This document shows, piece by piece, positions 63,103 through 64,000 of a DNA stretch of 64,000 nucleotides. A program made the position numbers and the translations under genes. How positions within the stretch are numbered: position 1 is the first letter of the stretch; each line of letters opens with the position of its first letter. The notes beneath the pieces were generated by a model. The model did no database searches. It saw nothing but the letters and a program-made list of their open reading frames with translations, and was not told the origin of the DNA. This DNA comes from Cyanidioschyzon merolae (lineage: Eukaryota), in assembly GCA_000091205.1 (NCBI GenBank), contig AP006497.2, one strand, 5' to 3'.

Positions 63103-63612
63103 TTAAAAGAGGTTGCACAGACCGAAAACGCATCCCCAAGCGAGGCCCATGCCAGCACCCCAACCCATGCCCCGAACACATGCGTTGCAAATGCCCTGAG
63201 AGACCTCTGATCGAGAATGCGACGGTGGTACCTGGCCAGTCGCCGTTTGATCGTCGTACTGGTATCGTGTGGGCTGCGCGGCCTCGCCTGCCCTGTTGCC
63301 CGGATAAATGGGTGCACCAGTTGGTCGGTAGACTGGAGGCAGAGGCGCGTACGGTGTGCTTTCTGTATAGTAGTAGTAAGCCCCAGGTGGCGGCTGAACG
63401 CCGGGCTTTCCGTCAAACTTTGCTGGCTCAGGCTCGGCGGCTTCTTCAGCATAAGCACCTTTAACCTCCTTTTGGGCCGAGAAACTCTGGGCCGGTTGCA
63501 CCGCAAAGTCCGGGCGTGTTACAGGAGCGCTCGTTGTATCTGGAGCGCTCCCAGCAGCAACCGCAGCATAGCTTGTCGCCGGCCTGTCGGGGTGGTAGTA
63601 GTAGTATGACAT
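63103..63612 (-). CDS. CYSTM-like small protein (Pro/Tyr-rich N-terminus, Cys-rich C-terminal TM)
   Basis: The N-terminus is Tyr/Pro-rich (SYYYYHPDRP..PPPGAYYYYTESTPYAPLPPVYRPTGAPIYPG). The C-terminus is a Cys-rich hydrophobic tail (GICNACVRGMGWGAGMGLAWGCVFGLCNLF). The track start is GTG; the first ATG is 7 codons in (MSYYYY..). Confidence 0.5.
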   Translation of the reverse strand: MSYYYYHPDRPATSYAAVAAGSAPDTTSAPVTRPDFAVQPAQSFSAQKEVKGAYAEEAAEPEPAKFDGKPGVQPPPGAYYYYTESTPYAPLPPVYRPTGAPIYPGNRAGEAAQPTRYQYDDQTATGQVPPSHSRSEVSQGICNACVRGMGWGAGMGLAWGCVFGLCNLF

Positions 63613-64000
63613 AGACCTATTTGAGTCTGACACGGTTGAAAATATCTAGCTCTTTCTCGTGCACGCTAGTTTGAGCGCTGTGTGGCGTCTGGAACTGTTG
63701 CGCCCAGCTCAAGGAAACGCACAAGTGTTACAGTCGGATTCGTTGGCACAGTTCGACTATAAGAAGCCCAGCTGTAGGCGGAGGTTTCCTTCGCTGAGGC
63801 GTTCACGCACTGAACGAGTGTCAACGTTCAGCGCGCAAACTTTTCCTAGGGCTATTTTTTCTCAAACACGCGAAGCTTCGATGGCGCCAGAATGTCGACG
63901 CTAGCCAACCGCGTATCTGTATCGTCAACGTGCTTGTTCCGCTTACGTCTTCGCGTTGAAAGAGCATTCGACATAAAACGAAGATTCGACGACGGAATTC

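Overview
This 64 kb window reads as GC-rich, intron-poor eukaryotic nuclear DNA from a plastid-bearing unicellular organism. The composition, single-exon genes and gene spacing resemble compact algal genomes such as unicellular red algae, but I cannot verify the organism. The ORF track uses bacterial-style start codons (GTG/TTG shown as M), so several listed N-termini are artefacts. I re-anchored those starts on the first in-frame ATG. Confident genes are STT3, a GDT1/TMEM165 transporter, a giant TamB/TIC236-like gene split over two frames, cytosolic ribulose-phosphate 3-epimerase, a LON-domain RING E3, proteasome Rpn10, Nop52/RRP1, a CDT1-like protein, ATP12, SBDS, a bacterial-type GT2 glycosyltransferase, a RidA-family protein, SCO1, a plastid-type redox-loop FBPase, MRD1/RBM19, ELOF1, a SnoaL/NTF2-like protein, an SDR and a CYSTM-like small protein, plus several unassigned ORFs. 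The most unusual signal is two diverged, oppositely oriented copies (about 75% nucleotide identity) of a TnpB/Fanzor-like RuvC plus zinc-finger element. Copy A covers 1-1270 and is cut by the window edge. Copy B covers about 53465-54800 and abuts the FBPase start. Both copies show an ORF frame break at the same relative position. Other notable structure includes three highly homogenised tandem arrays (143 bp x ~7, 62 bp x 5, 64 bp x 6), in-frame trinucleotide expansions inside the TamB-like and STT3 genes, and several head-to-head gene pairs with short shared upstream regions. No rRNA, tRNA or CRISPR could be supported.
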